Below, piece after piece: positions 41,901 to 54,700 of a stretch of DNA of 64,000 bases. Positions within the stretch are counted from its first letter, which is position 1. The number at the start of each line of letters is the position of its first letter. Origin of the DNA: Lytechinus pictus (taxonomy: Eukaryota); the NCBI RefSeq assembly GCF_037042905.1, contig NC_087252.1:19408001-19472000 (forward strand), written 5' to 3'. Position numbers and translations under genes: made by a program. The notes under the pieces are model-generated. The model saw nothing but the letters and a program-made list of their open reading frames with translations. It made no database searches and was not told the origin of the DNA.

Positions 41901-44900
41901 GTACTACAGGAATACCACAGGCCAGTACTTCAGGAATACCATATGCCTGTACCACAGGCCTGCGGTATACCTGTAGTACTGTCCTGTGATACTGTCCTGC
42001 GATACTGTCCTGTAGTACTATCCTGTGGTATCACTGTAGTACTGTCCTGGGATAATGTCCTGTGATACTATCCTGTGGTACTGAATAGTATCACAGGACA
42101 GTATCACAGGACTGTAATACAGGAAAGTATCACAGGACAGTACTACAGGAATACCACAGACCAGTATCACAGGACAGTAGCACAGGACAGTACTACAGAA
42201 CAGTACTACAGGACAGTATCACTGGACAGTTCTACAGGAATACCATATGCCTGTAACATAGTACCACAGGACACTTGTACAAGAATATTACAGGCCAGTA
42301 CTGCAGGGATACCAAGGGACCGTACCGCAGGACAATTCCTGCAGTACTGTCCTATGGTATTCCTGTGATACTGTTCTTTGATATCTTGTGTGGCAAGATA
42401 TCAAAGAACAGTGTAAACATCATGTACATGTATACACATCACATTTTTAGCCATATCTTTTTCATTTGGAGGCTTGTTTTTACCTGGTTGTGATGTCTAA
42501 CCCTATGTTTATGGGTCAGGTAACTACCACGGTAACGCTGATCAACGGCCGTATTCTTGCGGTACTGTCCTGTGATAGTTTGTGTGGTATTCCTGTGGTC
42601 CTGAGGCATTCTTGTGATACTATACTGTGGTAATCCTGCTTAACTGTCCATGGGTATTCTTGTGGATTTCCTGTGACGATTCTATGTTATTGTCCTGAGG
42701 TAGACTGTGCGATTTTCTCATGACACCGTCCTGCACTGGTTTGTTAGGCCTAGTAGTTTGTAAGAATTTCCTGCGGTCCAGTACAACAACCTTGGCATCT
42801 TGACAAATGAAAAGAGAGGTGAAAAAACACGCAAATCTGCAAAGACGTTAAAAACATTTTTACATATCTTTATTACATATGAGTTGTACTATGCACAATA
42901 TAAAACATCTTTGATATAAATGACAGCTAGAATAATGCAGCAACATTTCATCTTTGGGATAATACATGTAAAAAGATTTATATCCAACAATATTGTAATG
43001 CCATATGAATTACTTCCACTTTTCATACATTGCTGCCATTTTGAGATCACATAAAGAAATCTCGATTCGACCCAGAATCCTTTCCTCTAACACAACAATA
43101 AGCAAGTATTATTATACCTCGGTCACATTCAGTGTCTCCCCCCGGGAGAATTAGGATTAAATTGGTCCAATTTGACCCCCCCCCCCCCTCCACAACCCTC
43201 CACAAATCTTGCGACCATGCCGCCGCACAATTTTTTTTAACATGCCTCTTTCTAGTCTTGCACATCTTTTGAGACCAATCTTGTGTCACCCGGGTACGTG
43301 GTTCTGAACTTACGTAACATTATGTAAGTGTGATAGACCAAAAATCGCTCAAAAACGTGATTTTGTGTACAAAGTCAATGCAAATTGTGTTTTCAACCAA
43401 AAATCATAAATGTCTGATTGTTTTTAGTTTTACTCGTCTAAATGTATTTATCTTATGCTTTTTATGATTGCAGAAGAGTCTCCAACAAATTTTATTGAAA
43501 AGCAATGAAAAAGAAAGAAATACATAAGAAATTGCAAAAAACAATATAATACATAGAAAATTTTTTGATATCGCAATTTTCATATACACCTGCTAAGAAC
43601 ACCACAAAGAGTTTCTATACCAAAAATTAGAACATTTGGAGCTTTATTTAGGGAGTTAAAGGAAAAAGTACGATTTCGCATTCTATTTGGGCGGCCATTT
43701 TGGATTTTGGCCCGGCACACTTTTTCTCGGACTCGAGACAAACAATATTGTCTTTTGATATTGAGTTATATTACAAGGAATGAATAAAAACTGTTGTCAT
43801 ATTAAAATGACAAAAAAGTATTTTTTTGACCCAGGTGTAGCCCACTCCTATTAATAAGTCAATTTTGTTTGTGTGACAGAATCATGTGATGGGTTTGTAT
43901 GCCCAACAAGCGATGAACTAAACTGTATTCCTGATAGTTGGTACTGTGACTCCATACTTGATTGTTCGGATGGATCTGACGAATCAAACTGTACTGGTAA
44001 GTTTTGAAATTTAATTTTTTTTTTTCTGCATCAGTTATGTTTAAACTTGGTACAAATTATCATTGGGCAATACCACATTGTGTATTTTGTGAGGATGATG
44101 GGTTCAAAGGTCATCTAGGGGTCAAAAGGTCCATATTTTTCAAATTGCTCCCATTTCTTTATGTACATTAATAGTGTTCGCACTTGGTACAAATTATCCT
44201 TGGGTAATACCACATTGTGTTTTTGTGAGAATGATGGGGTCAAAGGTCATCTAGGGGTCAAAATGTCAGATGATGTAAGGTCATGTCCATCAGGCCAATG
44301 GTGGATAGTGAATGATAGGCCAATGGTGGATAGTGAATGGTAGGCCAATGTTGGATAGTGAATGGTAGGCCAATGGTGGATGAGTGAATGGTAGGCCAAT
44401 GGTGGATAGTGAATGGTAGGCCAATGGTGGATAGTGAATGGTAGGCCAATGGTGGATAGTGAATGGTAGGCCAATGGTGGATAGTGAATGGTAGGCCAAT
44501 GTTGGATAGTGAATGGTAGGCCAATGGTGGATAGTGAATGGTAGGCCAATGGTGGATAGTGAATGGTAGGCCAATGGTGGATAGTGAATGGTAGGCCAAT
44601 GGTGGATAGTGAATGGTAGGCCAATGGTGGATAGTGAATGGTAGGCCAATGATGGATGAGTGAATGGTAGGCCAATGGTGGGTGAGTGAATGGTAGGCCA
44701 ATGATGGATGTATGGTGTGTCAACGGTGGGCAATGAATGGTCTTTTAATCAATGGTGGGCCAATGGTAGGAACAGTTGAGATTTCATTTATACAAATTAG
44801 TTCTTCCAATGGTGCCTACCATTGGATATGCAAATTAGGTTTCCAATTATTTTAATTAGTTTCAATGGTGTTTCAATGATGTCCCAATGGTGGTCAATGG

Positions 44901-45703
44901 TATATCATTGGTAGTTCATCAATGGTAAGTTTCAATGGTATAGGGTCATTCCATCTGGATTCACCCAGTGGTTGCACCCGACCGTCTCAGAATTCGTTGT
45001 AATTTGGTACACATAAAATTCACCATGGCCCACGTACAAAACAAAAAAATAAGTCCAATTGGTCCGTCGGTTCTCGCGCTACGGCCCGCCCTTTTCTCCT
45101 TGTTTTGACAAAAATGGGCGTGACCTTCAACTTTCAATGGCCACTGCGTCGTAACGTGTTGACCATTTTTCATGAAACTGGTACCATTTATTAGGAAATT
45201 CAGAGAGGAATCCAAAACATGCATCAAATAATGTATTGGAGCGATTTATAAGGTCATGACCTTTGACCTTTAGTTTGACCTTGAGTTTGACCCCCAGACA
45301 AACAATTTTTTAACTTGATTTTCATGTATACTAATTATTTGTATGATATTGACAAAATATGTTAAAACCAATGATGATATTTTATGTCTTCACCTTTTAA
45401 AACTCTTCCAAAGATACCATGAAATTTCACTCTAGTCCCACATACTAATATTCATGTTAGTAAAAGTGTTTACCAGTTACATGATTTCTTCCAATCTTAA
45501 GTTACAGTATGCATGCACATGAAAAGAAATTAAGCTCATCAGTTCACAAATGAAACATTAAACATTTATGCTCATGAATAGGTATCTGTTTAGGCATTTT
45601 GATGTTCAGCAATATATATCATATATATATATATATATTCTTGTTAGTAAAGTGTTTACTTTTATCATCAAATTGTTGAGTATATGCCTATTTACTAACA
45701 AGA

Positions 45704-45737
<34 letters not shown>

Positions 45738-48700
45738 GACATATATTGCTGAACATCAAATTGCCTAAACTATTCATGAGCATAAATGTTTAATGTTTCA
45801 TTTGTGAACTGATGAGCTTAATTTCTTTTCATGTGCATGCATACTGTAACTTAAGATGGGAAGAAATCATGTAAATGGTTAACACTTTACTAACATGAAT
45901 ATCAGTATGTAGGACTAGAGTGAAATTTCATGGTATCTTTGGAAGAGTTTTAAAAGGTGAAGAAATAAAATATCATCATTGATTTTAACATATTTTGTCA
46001 ATATCATACTAATAATTAACATACATGAAAATCAAGTTAAAAAATTATTTGTCCGGGGGTCAAACTCAAGGTCAAAGTAAAGGTCAAAGGTCACGACCTT
46101 ATAAATTGCTCCAATACATTATTTGATGCATGTTTTGGATTCCTCTCTGAATTTCCTAATAAATGGTACCTGTTTCATGAAAAATGGTCAACACGTTACG
46201 ACGCAGTGGCCATTGAAAGTTGAGGGTCACGCCCATTTTTGTCAAAACAAGGAGAAAAGGGCGGGCCGTAGCGCGAGAACCGACGGACCAATTGGACTAA
46301 TTTTTTTTGTTTTGTGCGTGGGCCATGGTGAATTTTATGTGTACCAATTTACAACGAATTCCGAGAGGGTCGGGTGCAAAATTGCACATTCATTGGGTGA
46401 ATTGGCATGGAATGACCCTATACCATTGAAAAATTTATGTAAGGGATACTAGTATGGAGGAGAAAGAGAAGGGTAGATTTTAAATGTAGTGAAGAAGATC
46501 AGTTTCTTAATATTGAACAGGATGAATACAGGTGTGAAGGTAAAAATACTAGGATGGAGGCGAAAGAAAAGGATGGATGATAAATGTTGTGATGGAGAGG
46601 TTCAGCGTCGTGATAGTGGAGAGTAGCCCGCAGGTCACCTGCATTGACGGTATCGGGCACGTATCTCACACGCAATTGCCCGCAGAAGTGCGGGCCGCAA
46701 GTCTGATTTACACACAGAAAAGTATTGAACATGCTCAAAACTTTGCGGATGAGTTGCGGGCAATCACCCGCAACTCACCCACAAGGCTCGCACCGTACGA
46801 TGTGACATGGCCTTTACTATTGGTGTGATACGTGTATATTTTGTACAACCTGTTTCCATCAACAGGTTGCCCATATGGTCTGTACCCATGCTACTTTGAT
46901 GAGTCCATTTGTTACAATTACACTGCCGTTGGATGTGATGGAAACTATGATTGTCCAGGTGGTTCTGATGAATACAACTGTACAGGTAAGATTCTTCTTT
47001 CTCATTTTATGTTTTTGTCACGTATTCATCTCATCTTTCAGGGGGGCTGTTTAATAATTAATTCAATCAAATTCTCAAATCACTGTTTCAATCCATTGAC
47101 CACCTAAGTTGAAACAAAATTTGTTCATTAGAAATTGTTTTTAGCAAGTATTCTGAATTGAAGTGTTATTTGTAAGTAGGGTTTGAAGGTTCTGATAAAG
47201 TGACTCTCACTTTGTTAAATAACAAACACCCCAGAATATTTTGGTTACGTTTTAAAGAACATGACTAAGTTTCATTCAGCAGTTACTCTAATAATCTGAG
47301 GCATCTTACAAATGGCGTTATAATAATAATCCACTTTTATAGTGTGCGTCCCAGAAAAAAGGAAAGCAGGATTCACCACATTGTTTTTCAAAGGAAAATT
47401 AATTATGATATTTCATTTACATCATCATACAATTCAATTTCTCTACATTTTAATATCTATTATGTGATGAACACTTCACACAATAATGAGCAAGACAAGT
47501 TTAAAATTTTAATGTCAAAATCAGGCTGCGCAGAAAAATCGGAATAGATTGGGTCATGATACGACCACCGTGCTTATTCGACGATTGGCTCATTAGCATT
47601 TATATTGTTTTCTTTGTTAAGTTTCTCTCACTGATCCCTGAAATGAGAGTGTATTCAGATTAACATGTGAGTTTTTGTGCAAATTGTTTCTGATAGGCCT
47701 CAGTGTTATTGTTTGTAATCTTCCATGCATGAAAGATTTGCCAAGCTTTTGGGCTCAACATTAAATTCATAGTAAAAACATGTTTAATAATTGTCAAATC
47801 TATCTCCGAAAAACGGGATTCCTTTTTGGTGGGGCGCACTGTATATCGCTTTATACATGAAAACAATGCAGCAAAGCATTATAATTACATGTATATCAAT
47901 TTGTGTTTTTCTGTGTCTTTCCTTAGGATGTTTTGCATGTAATGGTTCTTCGGGATGTTTACTTGACCTTCAAATTTGTAACTTCTATAACGATTGTCCT
48001 GATGGGGAAGATGAGGCTAATAATCTTTGCAATCATACAGAGTTTAAAAGTAAGTCTCTATTATATACGGTAGTTAATAATTTATTTTGTATACAGTGGT
48101 GCTCTAAGGTAAGTAAACCTCAGCAGAAAATGAATATATGTAAGGTGTTCAAGTTCTGCCATGTTTTGTGAAGTCCGGTGATCAAATAAAACATTCAATA
48201 AAGTGTGTTTCTCTGGGATCACCAAACTTTGTAGTGTTGTTGTCTACATCAACACTCAGCATGAAGGAGTGCATTTTTTTGGTGGGGTTCACAAACTGTT
48301 TTTATATAAACGCAAAAAGAAATTCACATGAATTATTGAAATGTGACTATGTTGACTTCAATATGCACACACTGTTACAGCACTTGTCTGATCACTTGCT
48401 TTTCATCTCAACATCCAAGTTAATCCAAGTAAGTAAGTAATTTTTCATGATGGTTTGTGCCACATCAGAAAATCTACATGTATGTATATAAGTTATATAG
48501 ATATATAGAATCTCAATCTTCCGAAATAAAAACGAAATGATCTATATCTTACAACAGCTGCATTCATCTGCAATCTAGCCTATCACAGAAAAAATGAACT
48601 TTATCTCAGAACAAGTAATTTTGAGCTTTCTCTCTTACTGATTAATGCTGTGGAAGTAATGCAGCTGTCTGTAATACCCGGCGCAAGTGTCACTCCGCCT

Positions 48701-51700
48701 CTAACAGCCCTCTATCTGTTGTTAATTTATCATATGTTAACTTCAGTACAATCTTAAAAATGCTATCATTCTCTCTTTTACACATACTCTTCTGCTCTTT
48801 CTGTATTTCGTATACTCTCTTGCTCTCTAATACTCTCTCTCTCACATACTTTCTCCCCCCCCTCTCTCTCTCTCTGTATCCCTTATTCTCTCTTGCTCTC
48901 TTATACTCTCTCTCTCACATACTTTCTCCCCCTTTCTCTCTCTCTCTTATTCCCTTCATCCCTCCTCCTTTTCTCTGTCTCCTTTTATTCCAAAGGTTTA
49001 CATGACATCCAAGTTGGCGTTTGGACAGACTTCAGTGAAGTATTAGTATCCCAAAGAATTCTTGATGATCGTAATACTCCAGCTAGTAAATTCTACGATT
49101 TCACCCACTATGCCTTTGAAAGTCCTGAAAGATCTACATTGTTTATGGAGATACAGGTTTGTCTTTAATCATTTACTATATATATACTGCATTTTATAAA
49201 ATGTTCTGAGTGACAGGCATATGACTCTTGGCAGACTTAATTTTTGAAATGTTACGGCATACAGTAAATCAATAATCAACATTATCCAGTCACTTTAAGT
49301 AAGGCTACTGATCTTTATTTTATAGTACATGTTCTTATGTTAGGTTGGCGTTTCATCAACAGTTTTCAACAAGTTGTCAGATTTGACAACTTTCCCTGAG
49401 TTTGTTTGTCTGAGAACCATTGTTACTATGGTAACTGTCAGATAAAACTGGACTTGTCAAATTAACCCTATCTAGGCCCACGACGATTCAGGCAATATTT
49501 TCGCTGCGCGAAATGTTTTGACCGCGACTGACTTTTTACTTTCAAGACTTTATGAAACTTTTTAGACCACATTTGCGATGCCCGGGTACACGGTTCTGAA
49601 ATTAAGCTACATTATGTAAGTGCTTGTCAGACCAAAAATTGCTCAAAAACGTGATTTCGTGTACAAAGTCAATGCAAATTGTGTTTTCAACCAAATATCA
49701 TAAATGTATGATTATTTTTAGTTTTACTGGTCTAAATTGATTTGTTTTATGCTTGGTATGATCTCAAAAGAGTTCCCAACAAATAAAGAAATTGCAAAAA
49801 ACAAAGATATAAAAGAAATTGATCTGACATCGCAATTTTTTTCATGTACATTTGCTAAGAAAACCCCAAAGAGGTTCTATAACAAGAATTAGAACATTTC
49901 GAGCTTTATTTAGGGAGTAAGAGGAAAAAGTATGATTTTGCATACTAATTACGCATAAATTAGCATAATTGCTTTATAACTATTTGCATGAAATAAATTA
50001 CTAGAAAACATGCGTTCCGACTTTCGGCGCGATCGTGTGATCAATGGCCGAGATCTCAACTGGGACCAGGCCCCCCCCCCCCCGCCATATGAACTCCCAA
50101 AATAACCCGGCCTAGATAGGGTTAATCATACAAATAAAAGTTGAAAATCTTAGAAAAACTGAAGTTGCCATGCAGATACATGTAAACCCTGGCACAGTCA
50201 CATGCAAAATCTTTGATTGGTACACTTTTCACTTGTCCACACATTTGTCTTATTGGATAATGCTTTGTTTTTTGAATGATTATTGGTATATATTCGTAAT
50301 TCAAAATTTAGGGTTTAAATAATTGTTTTCAGTGAAATTCTGTTAAATACATTTTCTTCCTGAATTCCAAAAATTTTGTCTGTTTTCCATATTGTGGAAA
50401 AATGCAGAATCAAGAATCAGTTATCTTCATCGAAATGGAAGAGATCTTGTCAATATTGTGGACATAGAATGTAACGATGTATGATTCGGACTCCACATTA
50501 TGGGGAGAGCTCTGGCCCAGTGGTTCAGTCCCCGAATTTATAAACATATACCTGTCGGTTTGAACTCCAGTCATTGCGTCAATTTCCTTCAGCAAGAAAT
50601 TATCCTTATGCTACACTCAACCCAGGTGGATGTTTCATGAAGCTGTTTGCAAGTTAAGAACAACTTCAGAATGACTGGTGTACCTTACGCGCTAAATAAT
50701 CACCAATGAACATAAATGGTGAATATCATTCACCACAATAAAGGATCACCAGTCGTACTTAAAGTCACTCTTAACTTACGAACAGCTTTATGAAACGGCC
50801 CCCAGGTGAGGTAAAAGGTTACCTTGCAGGAATGTATTCCTTGAAATACTTGTTTGCAATAAAAGGCATACAGGGTTAAAGTAAGGCTAATGTTAATCTA
50901 GTCTCTCAAAAACAGTTGTGGATTTTAAAAGGTACATGATACAGGTACGTGGTATACAAGGACCAAATATTATCATAATCAAGTATTATATTCTCCTGCA
51001 TATTATATTCAGAATTTGACTGTGAATCTGACCGGACCTCTCTTGGAACTTGTTCATGTCTCGGCTGGCTATGGGACTGACCCAACAGATATCGGGACAA
51101 CCCTAGCATACGCAAATGGATATGGATATTTTGAAAGCCCTAGCTACAGCAGCAACTTTTCTCTTGTTGATAATAAAGGATATCTTCTTATCGCCATCCC
51201 CAAATCTGTTGCTGGAACCTTCAATATCACTTTCAGAGTCACAGCCATAGGTAGGAACTGTTGTTAATGTATAAAAAAGTGTAAATAGTGTAAACACCTG
51301 GGGGGTGTTTCACAAAGATTTAATTATGAATTAGAGTCATACTTTAGACGGATATATGCTATGCCATGCGCAATCTTATTGATCAATACGCAGTAGTGGG
51401 CGTCCTCATGACACGATCTGACCAATGTGGTTTGCCTTTTATACCACAAGCATCTAGATATTTAAGTGTGACTATAAGTCATACTTAAATCTTTGTGAAA
51501 CATCCCCTGGTCTGAAATTCATGTAGCACAGTCAAATAGGGCTAAACATTGATTTATTGAGAGTGTCATCAGACCTTTGAAATGCTAAGTGGTTCCTCCT
51601 TCATATTTAAGTTGGTTTTGATTGTTTGATTCAATATTCTTAGAAGGGAGATGGGAGGGGGTTTGTTTCACAAACAGTTCGGTATGATCAAAGGCCAACA

Positions 51701-54700
51701 TGCATGCATGTTGCTGAATTTTCATCTGCTTTACATTGACAATCAAGAGCACACTCACTGAGCTTGAGTTAACCAATGAGGTGATGTACTTCATATAATT
51801 GCAAGCATCTTATGTTACTAAGTTGCTTGTAATTCAATAAAAAAAATCTCTCCTGATGCTAAATATTCTGTTGATTTTTATTCAGAATGTGAGTATCCAG
51901 AGGAACTCTGCAATGGATCTCTGCACTGCCTCAACAGAATACAGGAAACATGTGATGGTGAAGTTCAGTGTCTTGATAGTGGAGAGGATGAATATGGATG
52001 TGAAGGTAAGAATACTAGGCTGGAGAAGAAAGAGAAGGATAGATAATGTATGTAAAGAAAAAGTAATGAAGAAGTAAATAATGCATTGCCAGATTCGTAG
52101 ATCATGTTTTGTACTACCGATTTATCTTGAAAATGTCGAGGGAGGGGGGGGGGCCATAATGCCTTCCCCATGGGATACATTGAACTTTTTGTGAAACACC
52201 ATCTAGGATTGAAACTTTAGTTTATGTTGACTAACTTTCTAGAAACCATTGTCCATGACTGGTGTGTTCGCTCAGTTGGTAGAGCTTCCTTCACGCAACT
52301 GGGATGTCGTGATTTCAAGCCCCAGTCCCGTCCGACCAAAAAGACGTTATGAAATAGGAATACTGCAAGCCTGTGTGGCTTTAAACAATTTAAGGCATAG
52401 ATGGTGCTGCGCAGTGACTGCCAGGTCCATGATCAATTGGGCAAAACAAATTATCAGAGTATTTCTATTTCAGATTTCTATTTTAAACAATAACATATGA
52501 ATGTACGGATTCTTGAATTTTCCTTCTCTTTGTGTGACAGAATGTTTCCAAGGAGAATATTGCTGGTATGACTATTATAAGTGCGTTCAGCCTCGTGATA
52601 GATGTAATGGACTTTATGACTGTGCAAGTGGAAGTGATGAGAGTGATTGCCCAGGTAAGTACGAACACTTAACTTTGTAGTATATGCTTAAAATAAATAA
52701 AGACTTCTCCATATTCACACAGTTCTCTTATATTAATATTTGTTCTTTACTAATACTTGTTCCTATACTAATGCTTGTTCTTATACTAATACTTGTTCTT
52801 ATACTAATACTTGTTCTTATACTAATACTTGTTCTTATACTAATACTTGTTCTTATAGTAATACTTGTTCTTATACTAATACTTGTTTTTATACTAATAC
52901 TTGTTCTTATAATAATACTTGTTCTTATACTAATACTTGTTCTTATACTAATGCTTGTTCTTATACTAATACTTGTTCTTATACTAATACTTGTTCTTAT
53001 ACTAGTACTTGTTCTTATACTAATACATGTACTTGTTCTTATACTTATGCTTGTTCTTATACTAATACTTCTTCTTATAATAATACAAGTTCTTACACTA
53101 GTGATTGTTCTTATACTAATGCTTGCTCTTATACTAATGATTGTTCTTATACTATTACTTCTTCTTATACTTATACTTGTTTTTATACTAGTACTTGTGC
53201 TCAAACTAATGCTACTTTTTTTAATAATACTTGTTTTGAGTGCCTACTCTGATACAGATCCTCATTAATTAATATACATATAACTGCTAAAATTAGAAAA
53301 TGCCCAGATTTTCGATCACATTTGATTTAGCATTTCATCTCTGGTGATTATTTGCATATTTAATATGTCATTTAAATGATTGTTTATGTAATTTAGTGCT
53401 AAGACACAACACATATTTAGTGCTATTGTTGTTTGACATTGGTCTTATTTGCCCGGGTTCTCCACCATGTTGTGTATGTTAGGCATGAAGTTGCTCTTTT
53501 ATCTCAGCCAACATGAAATAGAGGCACAAGGAAAATTTGCTTATACAGTTCATTCTTATGGAAAATTGAATAATCCAATGATAACAAGAGTAAGAGTATG
53601 AGTCTAGTGGTTACCGGGTACTCTATTAAAGGCCTGTATTCTCAAAATAAGTTTTAGTTATGCCATATGCATATTTCCTGTATTATCGTGCTTCATTTAT
53701 GTGCCCTTTGCCGGAAGCGTGCATTTATAATTGGACCTTTCTGGCCTATAATACTACCTGTAGAAGTATTGCACAAGTCGTGATTACTTACTGAAACTAG
53801 TGAAATGCATCTTATCAAATTATATTAGATGTTTTCTTTATTGTAAGTTGGTTCTGACAGCAAGCTTTGTGATAACTTGGATGTTGTCTCGTAGAACCTG
53901 GTGATGACGCTTGGCACCACTCATTCCAAACCCTTCCCTCCTTTTCCGCGAACTGACATCTTGATGAATGAGAGCAAGTTATGTACAGTCCTTAAGACTA
54001 GATGTTATGCTGAGCGAAGTTAGTGTTATTATCATGATTATATTGTTGTTTTTATTATTACTATTGCTATTGCTCTTATTGAATTTCTCTAAAGGATGTA
54101 TTCTCTGTAACGGAACTGCTTGGTGCCCTGCGGATATCCAAGTTTGTGACTATATAAAGGATTGCCCAAGTAATGATGATGAGGCAGAAAGTCGCTGTAA
54201 CCATATTGCTTTCATTGGTAAGAACTTTGCCCTTATACCTAATTCCCTCCTGCATAAATGTAATTACTCATTCATGATTTTCGATCAGGGGAGAATTTCA
54301 TGAAATTAAATGTTAGATGTTTCATGCGACACGCCGGTTTACCCGACTGTTACCATAGTAGCCATGCTTCTCAGCCAATAAAATTCAAGGAAACTTGTGA
54401 GATGACATATGTTGGTGAAATGCTCCCTTGGATAGTTGATCGGTAGGTTTATTTCATTGTTTTGATTAAAAAATCATTTGCCTGGCCTGTAAGCACACCT
54501 AATTGCGAAAAATCCTGTATTTCCCCGTTGAGGAGTCCATTCTTGGCCCCGTCTTACAAAGAGTTGCAATTGATCTGATCAACATCAACTATAGAAAGCC
54601 AGCAACGTGCACATCTATGAAAATGCATGTTCAAAATAGTTTTGATGTATATTCATAGATTCATTGTTTTCTTGACAATTTGGTGTGCTTGCCTTTGGTT

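Noticed and set aside
41636..42368. Thr/Gln-rich ORFs resembling a mucin exon
   Set aside because: Minisatellite with non-triplet units and strand flips; no phase-consistent splice sites found.
44247..44733. His/Pro-rich ORFs in three frames and a CRISPR-like periodicity
   Set aside because: 25-bp tandem repeat with no unique spacers; eukaryotic context.
44961..46452. Twin ORFs [12 protein letters not shown]... on opposite strands
   Set aside because: Mirror images caused by the palindromic element; no recognisable protein motif.
52684..53268. 194-aa Leu/Ile/Val ORF and overlapping CSYTNT / SISIRT ORFs
   Set aside because: Translations of an 18-bp intronic minisatellite; no splice support.
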